From a virus (Duplodnaviria > Caudoviricetes): a stretch of DNA of 57,789 nt. Position 1 is the first letter of the stretch, and each line of letters starts with the position of its first letter. The DNA is taken from the IMG/VR virus record IMGVR_UViG_3300044617_001276, positions 1 to 57,789 of that record. One strand, written 5' to 3'. Of this stretch, positions 42,951 through 51,767 are shown piece after piece. Below the pieces are notes generated by a model, which saw only the letters and a program-made list of their open reading frames with translations, had not been told where the DNA came from and did not search any database. The position numbers and the translations under genes are program-made.

Positions 42951-43289
42951 GTGATGTCAAAAGTCTACGCGCCACAAGTACCCAGCAAGTACGATCCGGC
43001 GACAAAATTGTGGGTTCCCACACTCAACCTAGATCACGCCAAGTCGTTCGGCGAAGTTGTGGTCATGTTGCCGCCCAACGCCAACCGGCTGCACATCAAC
43101 CCATTGGTGACAGCCTTGCGCGACCAAATGAAAGACTTCACGGAGGAAGACTACATCATCGCGGTCGGTGACCCATCGCTCATCGCAGCAGCGGCTTGCA
43201 TCGCCGCGCGCAAGACGGGTGGCTTGCTGCGCATCTTGAAGTGGGACAGACAATCTAACAGTTACATCGCAGTGGAGGCCAACGTATGA
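42951..43289 (+). CDS. Small alpha/beta hypothetical protein
   Basis: 112 aa, DYIIAVGDP...LKWDR..SY, with a strong AGAAAGGA RBS. Confidence 0.7.
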   Translation: MMSKVYAPQVPSKYDPATKLWVPTLNLDHAKSFGEVVVMLPPNANRLHINPLVTALRDQMKDFTEEDYIIAVGDPSLIAAAACIAARKTGGLLRILKWDRQSNSYIAVEANV

Positions 43290-43780
43290 GTGACTTGCAA
43301 CGTGCCGTGCAGCTGGCTGAGCTGCTGATGAAGTTGCGTGAAAACGTCACGCGGCTGGAAGGTGAGTTGGAAACAGCCAAAAAAGACATGCGCCGGGTTG
43401 AGCAAGAGGATTTGCCTGAGCTGATGCAAGAGCTCGGACTGGAAACATTCAAGCTCAAGACCGGTGAAACAATCGAAGTCAAGCCAGAAGTCGAATGTTC
43501 CATCAGCGAAGAGCGCCGCGCAGCAGCGCACGGCTGGTTGACGGAAAAAGGGTTCGGCGGCTTGATCAAGACAGAAGTCGTCGCCAAGTTCGGTCGCGAC
43601 CAGCGCGATGAAGCAGTCGCTTGTGCTGAGAAAATCGGCGGCGAGATGATTGAGCGTGTGCACCCCAGCACGCTGAAGTCGTTCGTCAAGGAACAAATGG
43701 CCGCAGGCACGGCCATACCTTTCGATCTGTTCGGGATACACCCGTACAGCAAGGTAAAGATCACTGCTGCAAAGAAGTGA
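43286..43780 (+). CDS. Conserved replication-module protein (coiled-coil N-terminus)
   Basis: LPELMQELGL, WL...G.G.LIK and VHPSTLKSFVKE. Precedes the SSB. Confidence 0.7.
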   Translation: MSDLQRAVQLAELLMKLRENVTRLEGELETAKKDMRRVEQEDLPELMQELGLETFKLKTGETIEVKPEVECSISEERRAAAHGWLTEKGFGGLIKTEVVAKFGRDQRDEAVACAEKIGGEMIERVHPSTLKSFVKEQMAAGTAIPFDLFGIHPYSKVKITAAKK

Positions 43781-43836
43781 ACGCTTATTGAGGCGGCGTT
43801 TCTAAGCCTCAAAATCATCAAGAAAGTGAGTACACC

Positions 43837-44664
43837 ATGAGCAAAAAAGAGCTCGCCAAAGTTGAAGAAAAAGCGACAGCGCTGGTCGTCGCTGATATGG
43901 ACTTCGCCGCTGATGCTGGCGCAGGCATGGAAAATGCCGGTCAGGAATCATTCGCGATTCCGTTTCTGAGCCTGCTGCAAAAGGGTTCGCCGCAAGTGGA
44001 CGAAGCCTCTGGCGCGGCACTCGAAGGCGCACGCGCAGGTATGTTTTTCGAGAACGTCACAGGCCGCTTGTTTTCCGGCAAAGACGGCGTGATCATCGTT
44101 CCGTGTTCTTACCGTCGTGAGTTTTTGCGTTGGGGCGCGCGCGCCAATGGCGGCGGCTTGCGCGGCGTTTATTCGCCCGAGGAAGTTGCAGAGATGCGCA
44201 CCAAAGGTCAGGTTGTTGAGCTGGACGGGCGGCTCTACGCGCCTGAACAGGACAAGTCGATCAATCCAGAGAAGTCTGACCGCTTCAACGACACACGCAA
44301 CCATTACGTCTTGATCATCGATCAGGAAACCGGCGCATGGAGTGAGGCGCTTCTTTCCCTGACGTCCACGCAAATCAAGAAGTCGAAGATGCTGATGTCG
44401 GCGCTCGCCTCCGTCAAGCTGAAGAACGGCGCAGGCCAGCTCTATACGCCGCCGACCTTCGCGAACTTCGTGCGCGTCACGTCAGTGGGCGAAAGCAACG
44501 ACAAGGGCACATGGTTCGGCGTGAAGTTTGAGTTGGCCGGTCAGGTCGACCGTTCAGAAGTCTACGCGGCTGCGAAGGCATTCCACGCCAACATCGCCAA
44601 AGGCGGCGTCCAAGTCAAGTACGAAGACAACCCATCAGAAGTTGGAGAAACTGGCGGGTTCTAA
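43837..44664 (+). CDS. Probable single-stranded DNA-binding protein
   Basis: DAGAGMEN...IPFL.LLQ..SPQV, STQIKKSK and ESNDKGTWF, with an acidic tail ending in Phe. Confidence 0.65.
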   Translation: MSKKELAKVEEKATALVVADMDFAADAGAGMENAGQESFAIPFLSLLQKGSPQVDEASGAALEGARAGMFFENVTGRLFSGKDGVIIVPCSYRREFLRWGARANGGGLRGVYSPEEVAEMRTKGQVVELDGRLYAPEQDKSINPEKSDRFNDTRNHYVLIIDQETGAWSEALLSLTSTQIKKSKMLMSALASVKLKNGAGQLYTPPTFANFVRVTSVGESNDKGTWFGVKFELAGQVDRSEVYAAAKAFHANIAKGGVQVKYEDNPSEVGETGGF

Positions 44665-44670
44665 GCAGCA

Positions 44671-44692
44671 ACCGGGGCCGCGCGGCCCCGGT
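44671..44692. repeat. Perfect 22-bp palindrome
   Basis: ACCGGGGCCGCGCGGCCCCGGT, 6 nt after the SSB stop, with no U-tract. Confidence 0.85.
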
Positions 44693-44716
44693 CATCAAAC
44701 TCAGAAAGAGACCAAC

Positions 44717-45073
44717 ATGAACGACATTTGCTCTTACCAAAAAGACGGCATAATTGAAGAATCGCCGCTCCAAGTGCTTTCTCAAAAAAGCAAAAATCAA
44801 GCCGTCGTGCAATGGAAACGCACCAGAACCATCAGCGCCACGGAACAATACGAAATGGTCCCAGCGCCGTTCGCGGAAGAGCATTGGTATGACTGGATAG
44901 TTGAAATATTCAGGAAACCATCCGCAGAAAAACTTGCGTACCGAGAATACGAAGAATCACGCCGCAATCTGTTGCAGTGTCAGCGCATGAGAGATTACTA
45001 CGAAAATATGGTCAAGTTTGAAGCCCAACGGATAAAACGTCTACGGAAAGTTCTCGAAATTGACGAGGAATGA
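44717..45073 (+). CDS. Hypothetical protein
   Basis: Start MNDICSY after an AACTCAGAAAGAG leader. FRKPSAEKLA.RE.EE..R.LL. Confidence 0.6.
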   Translation: MNDICSYQKDGIIEESPLQVLSQKSKNQAVVQWKRTRTISATEQYEMVPAPFAEEHWYDWIVEIFRKPSAEKLAYREYEESRRNLLQCQRMRDYYENMVKFEAQRIKRLRKVLEIDEE

Positions 45074-45477
45074 AGCTCGTGCCCAAGAAAGTGAACAAAC
45101 AGGCCGGAATGAACCCAGTCGCACGAGCCATCGCCCGCAACATCTTGCAACAAGCTGTTGTGGATCAGAAGATTCAGCTTTATCTATTGGAAGACGGAGC
45201 GGCTTGTGCGGGGATTTGTTTCATGATCGCGCAGATGCTATCGGCGTTGATCGAAGCTGCCGAGCTGGACAAGCGCGTTGGGACGGACAATGTGGACGTG
45301 CGTGTCATACGCGGCGCTATTTCGGCTTGTGAACAGATGATTGAAACTGATCGATTCGTTCGAATGAACATCGTAGCCTTGGAACAAGGGCTTGATGCAG
45401 CTTACGCCTTGCATGCGCGTGTCTCCCCCGAGGCATTCAACAAGGCGTGGAACTCGAAGCCGCGCGTCATGGGCTGA
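45070..45477 (+). CDS. Hypothetical protein
   Basis: 135 aa, ATGA-coupled. Confidence 0.6.
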   Translation: MKLVPKKVNKQAGMNPVARAIARNILQQAVVDQKIQLYLLEDGAACAGICFMIAQMLSALIEAAELDKRVGTDNVDVRVIRGAISACEQMIETDRFVRMNIVALEQGLDAAYALHARVSPEAFNKAWNSKPRVMG

Positions 45478-45662
45478 TGCCTTGGGCGTATATACGCCAA
45501 CTCCTTGGCCCCGGTTTGCACTGGGGCCGCACTCAAGACGAACTGATCGCGGCGATAGAAAAAGCGCGCGCTGATGGGCAAACAGAAGCCGCCGAACACA
45601 TAGAAATAATTTTAGAGATGCGCAACTTTGTGATGTGTGAAGAAAAAACACCCCGCACGTAG
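45477..45662 (+). CDS. Small hypothetical protein (MPWAYIRQLLGPG...)
   Basis: TGATG coupling. Last gene of the plus-strand block. Confidence 0.55.
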   Translation: MPWAYIRQLLGPGLHWGRTQDELIAAIEKARADGQTEAAEHIEIILEMRNFVMCEEKTPRT

Positions 45663-45669
45663 CGGGGTG
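45643..45669 (-). terminator. Rho-independent terminator of the late operon
   Basis: CACCCCGC-TACGT-GCGGGGTG followed by TTTTTT on the minus strand, at the convergence point. Confidence 0.75.
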
Positions 45670-45723
45670 AACAACAAGGGCGGTATCGGAGAGAGGAGCA
45701 GCAACCGTCCTTGTCGCGCTGCG

Positions 45724-47757
45724 CTATTTTTCAGATTCTAAGTCAGACTCGATGCTGCTGGTGGTTGGTGCTTCTGTTTCTGACTCTAGGTCAGACTCGA
45801 TGCTGCTTTCTTTCCGTTCACCGGTGGGCGGCGGTGGGAAAGAAACCGTCAACCCGGTGGTGGCACCGACTTCCTTCTTGGTCGCTGCCGCAGCTTTCGG
45901 AATCGCGCGCTCGGCGTAGTCTTCCAATATCTTGACCACAGCGGCAACTTCCTTGGGTTCGGTAGACATGAGCATGGTCGCCAGTTTGTCGGCCATGTCC
46001 TCGGTCATGCTGGTCTTGTAAAGCGCGCGAGAAGCCATGCCTGTGAGCGAGGATTGCCAGCCGCCCGTGATTGCTTGCGCAGCGGCTTGCGAGAAACTGT
46101 CGCCAGCGTCTTCGAACTTTTCCTGCATTACTTTACGCTTGCCGGTTTGCGAACCTTTCAGGATTTCGTTGGCTTGACTGAACAGCTGTGATTCGCGCTC
46201 GACAGCCGCTTGGAACAGCCTGAAATGCGCAGGGGTGTCGAACAATGGTTGCAACTTCGCTTGCATTTCTGGCGCATTGAGGATTGCACCGGCATTGATG
46301 TTGCGGCTGGTGGTGAAGAGTTTGCCATAAATGTCGCGCACGACGCCGGTGCGGAATGCTTCTTTTTCTGCAGGCGACATGTTGGAAACCAGCTTGATCA
46401 CTTCCTCATGATCCATCTTGCCGAAGTCGCTGTAACCTGCTCGCAACGCATCCAAGACTTCTCGGTCACCTTTGTAGGTTTGCAATGCGGCTTGATAGTC
46501 CGGCACCACTTCTTTGGTGCGGTCGCGCAGGGCATTGCGCAAGTCTTTGTAAGCGTTCGCGCTGGCGTTGGTGGCGGCGTTGTCAGACTTGTAAGCCGCT
46601 GTAATCTGAGCGTCCAGCGCGCGCTTCATGTAATCCAGCGTGCGCACGTCTGGCACGGTGCCGGTGACGTCGACTCCGATGGGGTTGCCTGCGTCGTCAC
46701 GCTTGATGCTGTAAATGTCGCGCAACTTGAATTCATTCGGGTCGAATGACTCACCAGCGCGCATGGCATTGACTTTCGCCGCCGCAGCGTCAGCTTCTGC
46801 GATCGAACGGGCCGTCGCCCACGAACTGCGGAACTGCGGCAACGTCAACATTTCCATGATTTGTGGATCGTCGACTTCGCCGAAAGCATACGCTTGTTTG
46901 TAAGCTGGGGCTGACTTGGTGCGCAGATCGCTGATCAAGCGTTCTTCTTCGCTGTAATAGTCGTCTGGTTTCAACCCTTTGCGCACTTGTTGATAGGTGC
47001 GCTCTTTTGCCCCGGCTTGCTGTTGTGTGATTTTCTTTTCGATGCGGCGTGTGCCTTTGCCGGTGCGTTGAGCGACCGTTTGCGCAAGGTCTGCCAATGC
47101 GGCTTCTGTGTTGGCGACGGTCGCAGGAACACCCAGCCGCCGACTGTCGTCCATACGTTTGGCGATGTCTTGCGGCTGCATATTAGCTTCGCCCAACGCC
47201 TCTGTCATCTTTTTCGATGCACCTTCGAATGCGCGTTTGTCTGACGGGAAAAGTCTGTCCATCAACCAATCTTTCACGCCTGAACCGGTGCGCATGACCA
47301 CAGGCACTGCCGCGCCGAATCCAGCACCATAAACGCCGCCGGAAACAGCGCCTGAGCCGCGCTCGCCTTCCATGGCAGAACCCGCGCCGGAAATTGCACC
47401 GGTCGTCGCGCCTGCACCAATGCTCTTGACGATTGGTCGACCAGCGAGCCGCGCCAACGCTGACCCACCCGCCGTGGCAACCTGCGCGGCACCAGCGGGT
47501 TGACCGCCCGGCACCATCATGGCAGCCACTCCCGGCAACGCGCCGCCGCCGAACTCAGCCAACGCCGAGCTGACAGGATTCTGTTCAGAATACGTGCCGT
47601 ATTCTTTGCGGATTTTGTTGACGATGTTTTGATATTCGCCTTCACCGAGTTTGGAACGGAGCCATGCTTCGGCTTCGTCGCCCCAACCCATCATGAGGCC
47701 CTGCCCAATGGCGGCACGTGCGCCGCCGACCAATGCATTCGGTTCTTTGGTAGCCAT
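45724..47757 (-). CDS. DNA ejection/internal virion protein
   Basis: 677 aa, GQGL..GWGDE, Gly/Ala-rich hydrophobic N-terminus and helical body. Last late gene. Confidence 0.7.
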   Translation of the reverse strand: MATKEPNALVGGARAAIGQGLMMGWGDEAEAWLRSKLGEGEYQNIVNKIRKEYGTYSEQNPVSSALAEFGGGALPGVAAMMVPGGQPAGAAQVATAGGSALARLAGRPIVKSIGAGATTGAISGAGSAMEGERGSGAVSGGVYGAGFGAAVPVVMRTGSGVKDWLMDRLFPSDKRAFEGASKKMTEALGEANMQPQDIAKRMDDSRRLGVPATVANTEAALADLAQTVAQRTGKGTRRIEKKITQQQAGAKERTYQQVRKGLKPDDYYSEEERLISDLRTKSAPAYKQAYAFGEVDDPQIMEMLTLPQFRSSWATARSIAEADAAAAKVNAMRAGESFDPNEFKLRDIYSIKRDDAGNPIGVDVTGTVPDVRTLDYMKRALDAQITAAYKSDNAATNASANAYKDLRNALRDRTKEVVPDYQAALQTYKGDREVLDALRAGYSDFGKMDHEEVIKLVSNMSPAEKEAFRTGVVRDIYGKLFTTSRNINAGAILNAPEMQAKLQPLFDTPAHFRLFQAAVERESQLFSQANEILKGSQTGKRKVMQEKFEDAGDSFSQAAAQAITGGWQSSLTGMASRALYKTSMTEDMADKLATMLMSTEPKEVAAVVKILEDYAERAIPKAAAATKKEVGATTGLTVSFPPPPTGERKESSIESDLESETEAPTTSSIESDLESEK

Positions 47758-50420
47758 CAGTCAAGTTCTCCTGCTGGTGCCGGGGTCGTCTCACGGTACA
47801 ACCCTTGCGAGATTTCGTTGAGTCGTTTTTGTTGTGCCGCACGACCCGCTTTGAGCACACGATAAGCGTTCTTCATGATTTCTCCGCGCTCTTCCCTGCT
47901 CTTGGCGTCCAAACCAGCTACGCTTTGCAGCAACTTGATGTCGCTGTCTGAGAGGACGCCTTTGAGTTTTTCGCTCGCGCTGGAGATCATCGCACTCTTG
48001 AGCAAGTTCATGAGCGACTTGGTATTCAACACACGTTTGTCTTTGGAACCGGTTTGTTCCAAGATGGTGAGCGTTGCCTGATCTTTCAACGTGGTGTCGA
48101 AACTGTCTTTGTTCAACTCGTATGCGCGGCCCAAATCCTTTATCGCGTTGTCGATGGTCGCGAGAGACGTTTCCGTTTCTGACTTGAGCTTAACTTCTGC
48201 TGGAGTCAGCTTTTCTGAAGCAGTTTGCTGACGCGCTTCAGCTTTGCTCGCGGTTGCGGCGCGCTCTTTCGCGACGCCAAGCTGCCCTTGCGCGACAGCG
48301 ACCATCGCTTCTTTGAAGACATTGCCGGTGCGGATTTTGTCGTCAATGTAGTCTGTCACGAACTTCTGGTATTCCGGCGTACCTTGCACCAGCCCGGCGT
48401 CGATAGCAGCTTTGCCTGCTTCAGATTGTGGACGACCGCTCTTGAGGTATTCAGCGACGATGGCGCGCTTGTCTTTCATTTCCTCACCGGCCAACGTACG
48501 CAGCGTAGAGAGTTCGTCGCGCGCCGCTTGTGTTCTGGATTTTTGTCCTTCCAAGCCGAGTTGCAGCCGCAGCTGTCGGTCAGCACGTTGCGCGGCACGG
48601 ACATCTTTGGAATATTCGGCCATCTCTTTGCCAGCGGCTGCCAAGTTTTCCGTGAACGCACCTGTCTTGCTCGGTGAGCCGAACGCAGCGGCCAACCGGA
48701 AATACATTTCAGTCTTGTCAGGCGTGCCGCTGTCGAGCTTCATCGACTTCAAAATCAGGTCTTGGAATGCGGCATTTTCCGCTGTGAGACGCTTGCGCGC
48801 AGTTTCCAACTCAGGGCCATAAGTCGACTCTGGACTGAGATAGCGATTCATCATCGACACCAGGTCTGTCGCCGCAGGAGAAACAGGTGTAGTCGAAGCG
48901 ACAGGCGGCTTAACAGGTTGCGCTGCGGGTGATTCAACAACCGGCTGAGGAGGGAATTGTTGGTTCATCGGTTGGTCTTCGATGTAAGACGTTGGTGTGC
49001 CGCCCATGTCCAACGAACGTTCTCTCACCACACGGCCTACGAAGTCTTCGTCTGGTTCGCCTTCGTCGCCGCCAACACGGAACCGTCTCACAGCGCCGCC
49101 CATGTTGTATTTTTGAGCGAGCGCATGCACGCCGCCGCCATGAGCGCGGTTCAACTCCGGTTGCGCAGCGGCCATGAATTGATTAGCTTCTTCCTGCGTG
49201 ATGATGTTGTCGCTGCCGATTTCATTTATCCACCAATTGAACCCCTCTGAGTCTGGCGCTGCACGACCTAAATCCTTTGTGTACAAATCATATAGTTGCT
49301 GTCGGGCACGGTTGTTTGCAGCACCCGTGGGGTCTTGGCCAAACACGAATGGCGCAGCTGCGTACAGTTGAGCAGACTCTTGCGGCGTAATACGGCTGCC
49401 CATTTGACCAACGTCATACATACCGGGCCTAAACCCTGCATTGCCCATGGCGACGTCTTTGTTGGCACCTTGTTGGAACAATCGCTCTATTTCTGGCGTG
49501 ACGCCGCCAGCAGCAGCAATTTCGCCCATCCAATATTCTTTGCCGCGTGCGTCAGGTTCGCGCTGCAAATACTTGCTGTATAACCCTTTCAACGCTTCAG
49601 CTTGGTTCAATTCTTTTTGAGCACTTTGCATGAAAAGGTTTTCTTCTTCTTTGTTGATGAAGTCGTCAGCGCCGATGGTGTTCAACCAATGATTGAACCC
49701 TTCCGTGTCAGGCAACCTATCGAACGTGTCAATGTACATCTCCACCAACTGCGACCGCGCGAAAGGATTGTCGCCTGATTGGAGTTTCCTTGTTTGGTTC
49801 AATAAATCTGTTCCAAGGCCTCCTCCAATGTATGTTCCGGCATTCCCTTGGTCGGCTGGCGACGTCGTTAAGCCAAGACCGCCTCCGATGTAGCCGACAT
49901 CCGTATTGGTGGTATCCGTATTGGTGGTATCCGTGTTGGTGTTGGTGTTGGTGTTGGTGTTGGTGTTGGTGTTGGTGTTGGTGTTGGTGTTGGTGAGATC
50001 TGTTGGCCCGACATCGCCGATGTCAGAGCCCGTCACCGTTAGATAGGTCGGCGGCTTGATTGGAGTTGCATAATTCGGCGCGACAAGTTCACCAGCCAAC
50101 CCTGTGCGATACTGTTGCTCACCATACATCGGCGTCGCGGCGACGCGGTTCATGTAATCTGTCCGGTACTGATTGTATTGGTTTTGTGCCAAGTCGTATT
50201 TGCGCACAGTTTCAGCGAACGCAGCTTTGTCGGCGTTGTATTTGTCGGTGGCTGCTTGGTTAGACGTCATTTGAGCCGCGCTCAATGTTTTGCCTTCTTG
50301 CGGCAGGACCAGTTCTGGAGGTTTTGGAGCCTGTCCAGGAGCGGCAGGGCCAGTATAAGCCGCCATACCCGGCGTAGAAACGCCATAGAGGCTCATCAAT
50401 TTGTTCAGCTCATATCCCAT
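47757..50420 (-). CDS. Internal virion/ejection protein with (TN)n tract and DUF4214-like repeats
   Basis: 887 aa with three LY...L.R.PD.EG...W repeats and a coiled-coil C-half. Confidence 0.7.
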   Translation of the reverse strand: MGYELNKLMSLYGVSTPGMAAYTGPAAPGQAPKPPELVLPQEGKTLSAAQMTSNQAATDKYNADKAAFAETVRKYDLAQNQYNQYRTDYMNRVAATPMYGEQQYRTGLAGELVAPNYATPIKPPTYLTVTGSDIGDVGPTDLTNTNTNTNTNTNTNTNTNTNTDTTNTDTTNTDVGYIGGGLGLTTSPADQGNAGTYIGGGLGTDLLNQTRKLQSGDNPFARSQLVEMYIDTFDRLPDTEGFNHWLNTIGADDFINKEEENLFMQSAQKELNQAEALKGLYSKYLQREPDARGKEYWMGEIAAAGGVTPEIERLFQQGANKDVAMGNAGFRPGMYDVGQMGSRITPQESAQLYAAAPFVFGQDPTGAANNRARQQLYDLYTKDLGRAAPDSEGFNWWINEIGSDNIITQEEANQFMAAAQPELNRAHGGGVHALAQKYNMGGAVRRFRVGGDEGEPDEDFVGRVVRERSLDMGGTPTSYIEDQPMNQQFPPQPVVESPAAQPVKPPVASTTPVSPAATDLVSMMNRYLSPESTYGPELETARKRLTAENAAFQDLILKSMKLDSGTPDKTEMYFRLAAAFGSPSKTGAFTENLAAAGKEMAEYSKDVRAAQRADRQLRLQLGLEGQKSRTQAARDELSTLRTLAGEEMKDKRAIVAEYLKSGRPQSEAGKAAIDAGLVQGTPEYQKFVTDYIDDKIRTGNVFKEAMVAVAQGQLGVAKERAATASKAEARQQTASEKLTPAEVKLKSETETSLATIDNAIKDLGRAYELNKDSFDTTLKDQATLTILEQTGSKDKRVLNTKSLMNLLKSAMISSASEKLKGVLSDSDIKLLQSVAGLDAKSREERGEIMKNAYRVLKAGRAAQQKRLNEISQGLYRETTPAPAGELD
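49900..49995. repeat. Coding tandem repeats: (GTGTTG)x10 plus two 15-mers
   Basis: Hexamer run at 49933-49992 and tccgtattggtggta x2 at 49900-49929. Confidence 0.95.
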
Positions 50421-50429
50421 GATCGTTCC

Positions 50430-51767
50430 TTAAATGCCCTGCAACCCTTTGTAAGCGAACACACCAGAAGCCAACTGTGACAACGGCGAAGGCGAATAAG
50501 TCGCGCCAACCGTTTGGCCAGTTTGTGTAACGGTTTGCGGCGTGATTGGAGCCATGCCGCGAATTTGTGTGCTGAGCCAATCCATTTGTTGCTGTGGATA
50601 CAAGAACTTTTCTCGCTCTTGCTGGTAGGCCATGTCGAGTTCTCGCTGACGTTGACCTTGTTGCGCTTGGCCTGCAGTTTCCAACCCCGCGACGTCTGCA
50701 GCGCGCATCGCTTGTTCTTGTTGCTGCATGTTGGCGAACTGCGACAGCGCGCTCATTTGACGTTGATAATCAGCCGCGCGCGCTTGTTGTTCAGCTTGCG
50801 CAGCGTTCAAACCGAATTGTTGTTGCGCTTGACCGGCTTGCGTTCTTGCTTGCGCGAGCGCAGCTATGTTTTGCGCTTGTTGGCTTGTTAGTTGGCCTGC
50901 TGTCTGCCCTAATTGGCCATATTGAGCGCCGCCTTGCAGGATGCGAGACAAATCCGCGCCGCTGATTGAGCCAACAGTTCCAGCCAGTTGTGCTTGACGA
51001 GCCAAATCGGCTTGCGCAGCGGCCAATGCTTGCCCATAGCCGCGCTCTGCACTTTGTGCTTGTTGCGCGAGGATCGCTTCTTGTGTGTCGCGCATAGCAC
51101 GAGCGCCCAACTCGCCCATACGAGAAGAACCGAACTGACCGGCTTTTATGAACGCATCGCTCACACCCGGCAATATGTTCTCTTGCAAGTTCCGCGCGCC
51201 TTGTTTTGCGATTACGTCCAAGACGCCTGTTTGATAAGGCGACATGTATTGATTGACGCCTTGAGCAGACGTTTGAGCAGCGGCTTGCAGGTAAGGATTG
51301 GCCGCTGTCAATGCGCGGTCAGCCAACGCTTGCGCAGTTGTCGTTTCAGCTTTGCCCAACAATGGTTGAGCTGCGCCAATCACGTCGTACCCAGCAGCCT
51401 GTCCAAACAGTTGTTGTCCAACGTCTAAATTCTTCCCTACCAAATCTTGCCGCAGATACTGCGCTTGCTGTTGGCCGAGTTGGTCCGCTGTGCCTTTGGA
51501 ACCGAACCCATACATGCCACTTTGGGCTTTGTCTAGGTCACCTTGGAAAAATCCTTGGTTGGAAACGACATTCTTGTAAGCCTGTTGTTGCAGCGGCGAC
51601 AACTCTGCTGTGCGCGGCAAGTCGTATTCCATGAATGGGCGATTCGCGATGTTTTGGGCAACCTGAATTTGGTTGTAAATCGCATCCTGCATCCACTTCG
51701 GCGTCTCGCTCGAAGATGTCGTGTAACTGGTGGCCTTTTGTGGATCACCTTGGAACAAGCTAGCCAT
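50430..51767 (-). CDS. Gln/Ala-rich DNA ejection (pilot-like) protein
   Basis: YMSPY...V, AGQFGSSR and a long Q/A coiled coil. Confidence 0.7.
   Translation of the reverse strand: MASLFQGDPQKATSYTTSSSETPKWMQDAIYNQIQVAQNIANRPFMEYDLPRTAELSPLQQQAYKNVVSNQGFFQGDLDKAQSGMYGFGSKGTADQLGQQQAQYLRQDLVGKNLDVGQQLFGQAAGYDVIGAAQPLLGKAETTTAQALADRALTAANPYLQAAAQTSAQGVNQYMSPYQTGVLDVIAKQGARNLQENILPGVSDAFIKAGQFGSSRMGELGARAMRDTQEAILAQQAQSAERGYGQALAAAQADLARQAQLAGTVGSISGADLSRILQGGAQYGQLGQTAGQLTSQQAQNIAALAQARTQAGQAQQQFGLNAAQAEQQARAADYQRQMSALSQFANMQQQEQAMRAADVAGLETAGQAQQGQRQRELDMAYQQEREKFLYPQQQMDWLSTQIRGMAPITPQTVTQTGQTVGATYSPSPLSQLASGVFAYKGLQGI

Noticed and set aside
49790-49996. ORF with a WCWCWC run suggesting a metal-binding peptide
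   Set aside because: It is the antisense reading of the (TN)n microsatellite.
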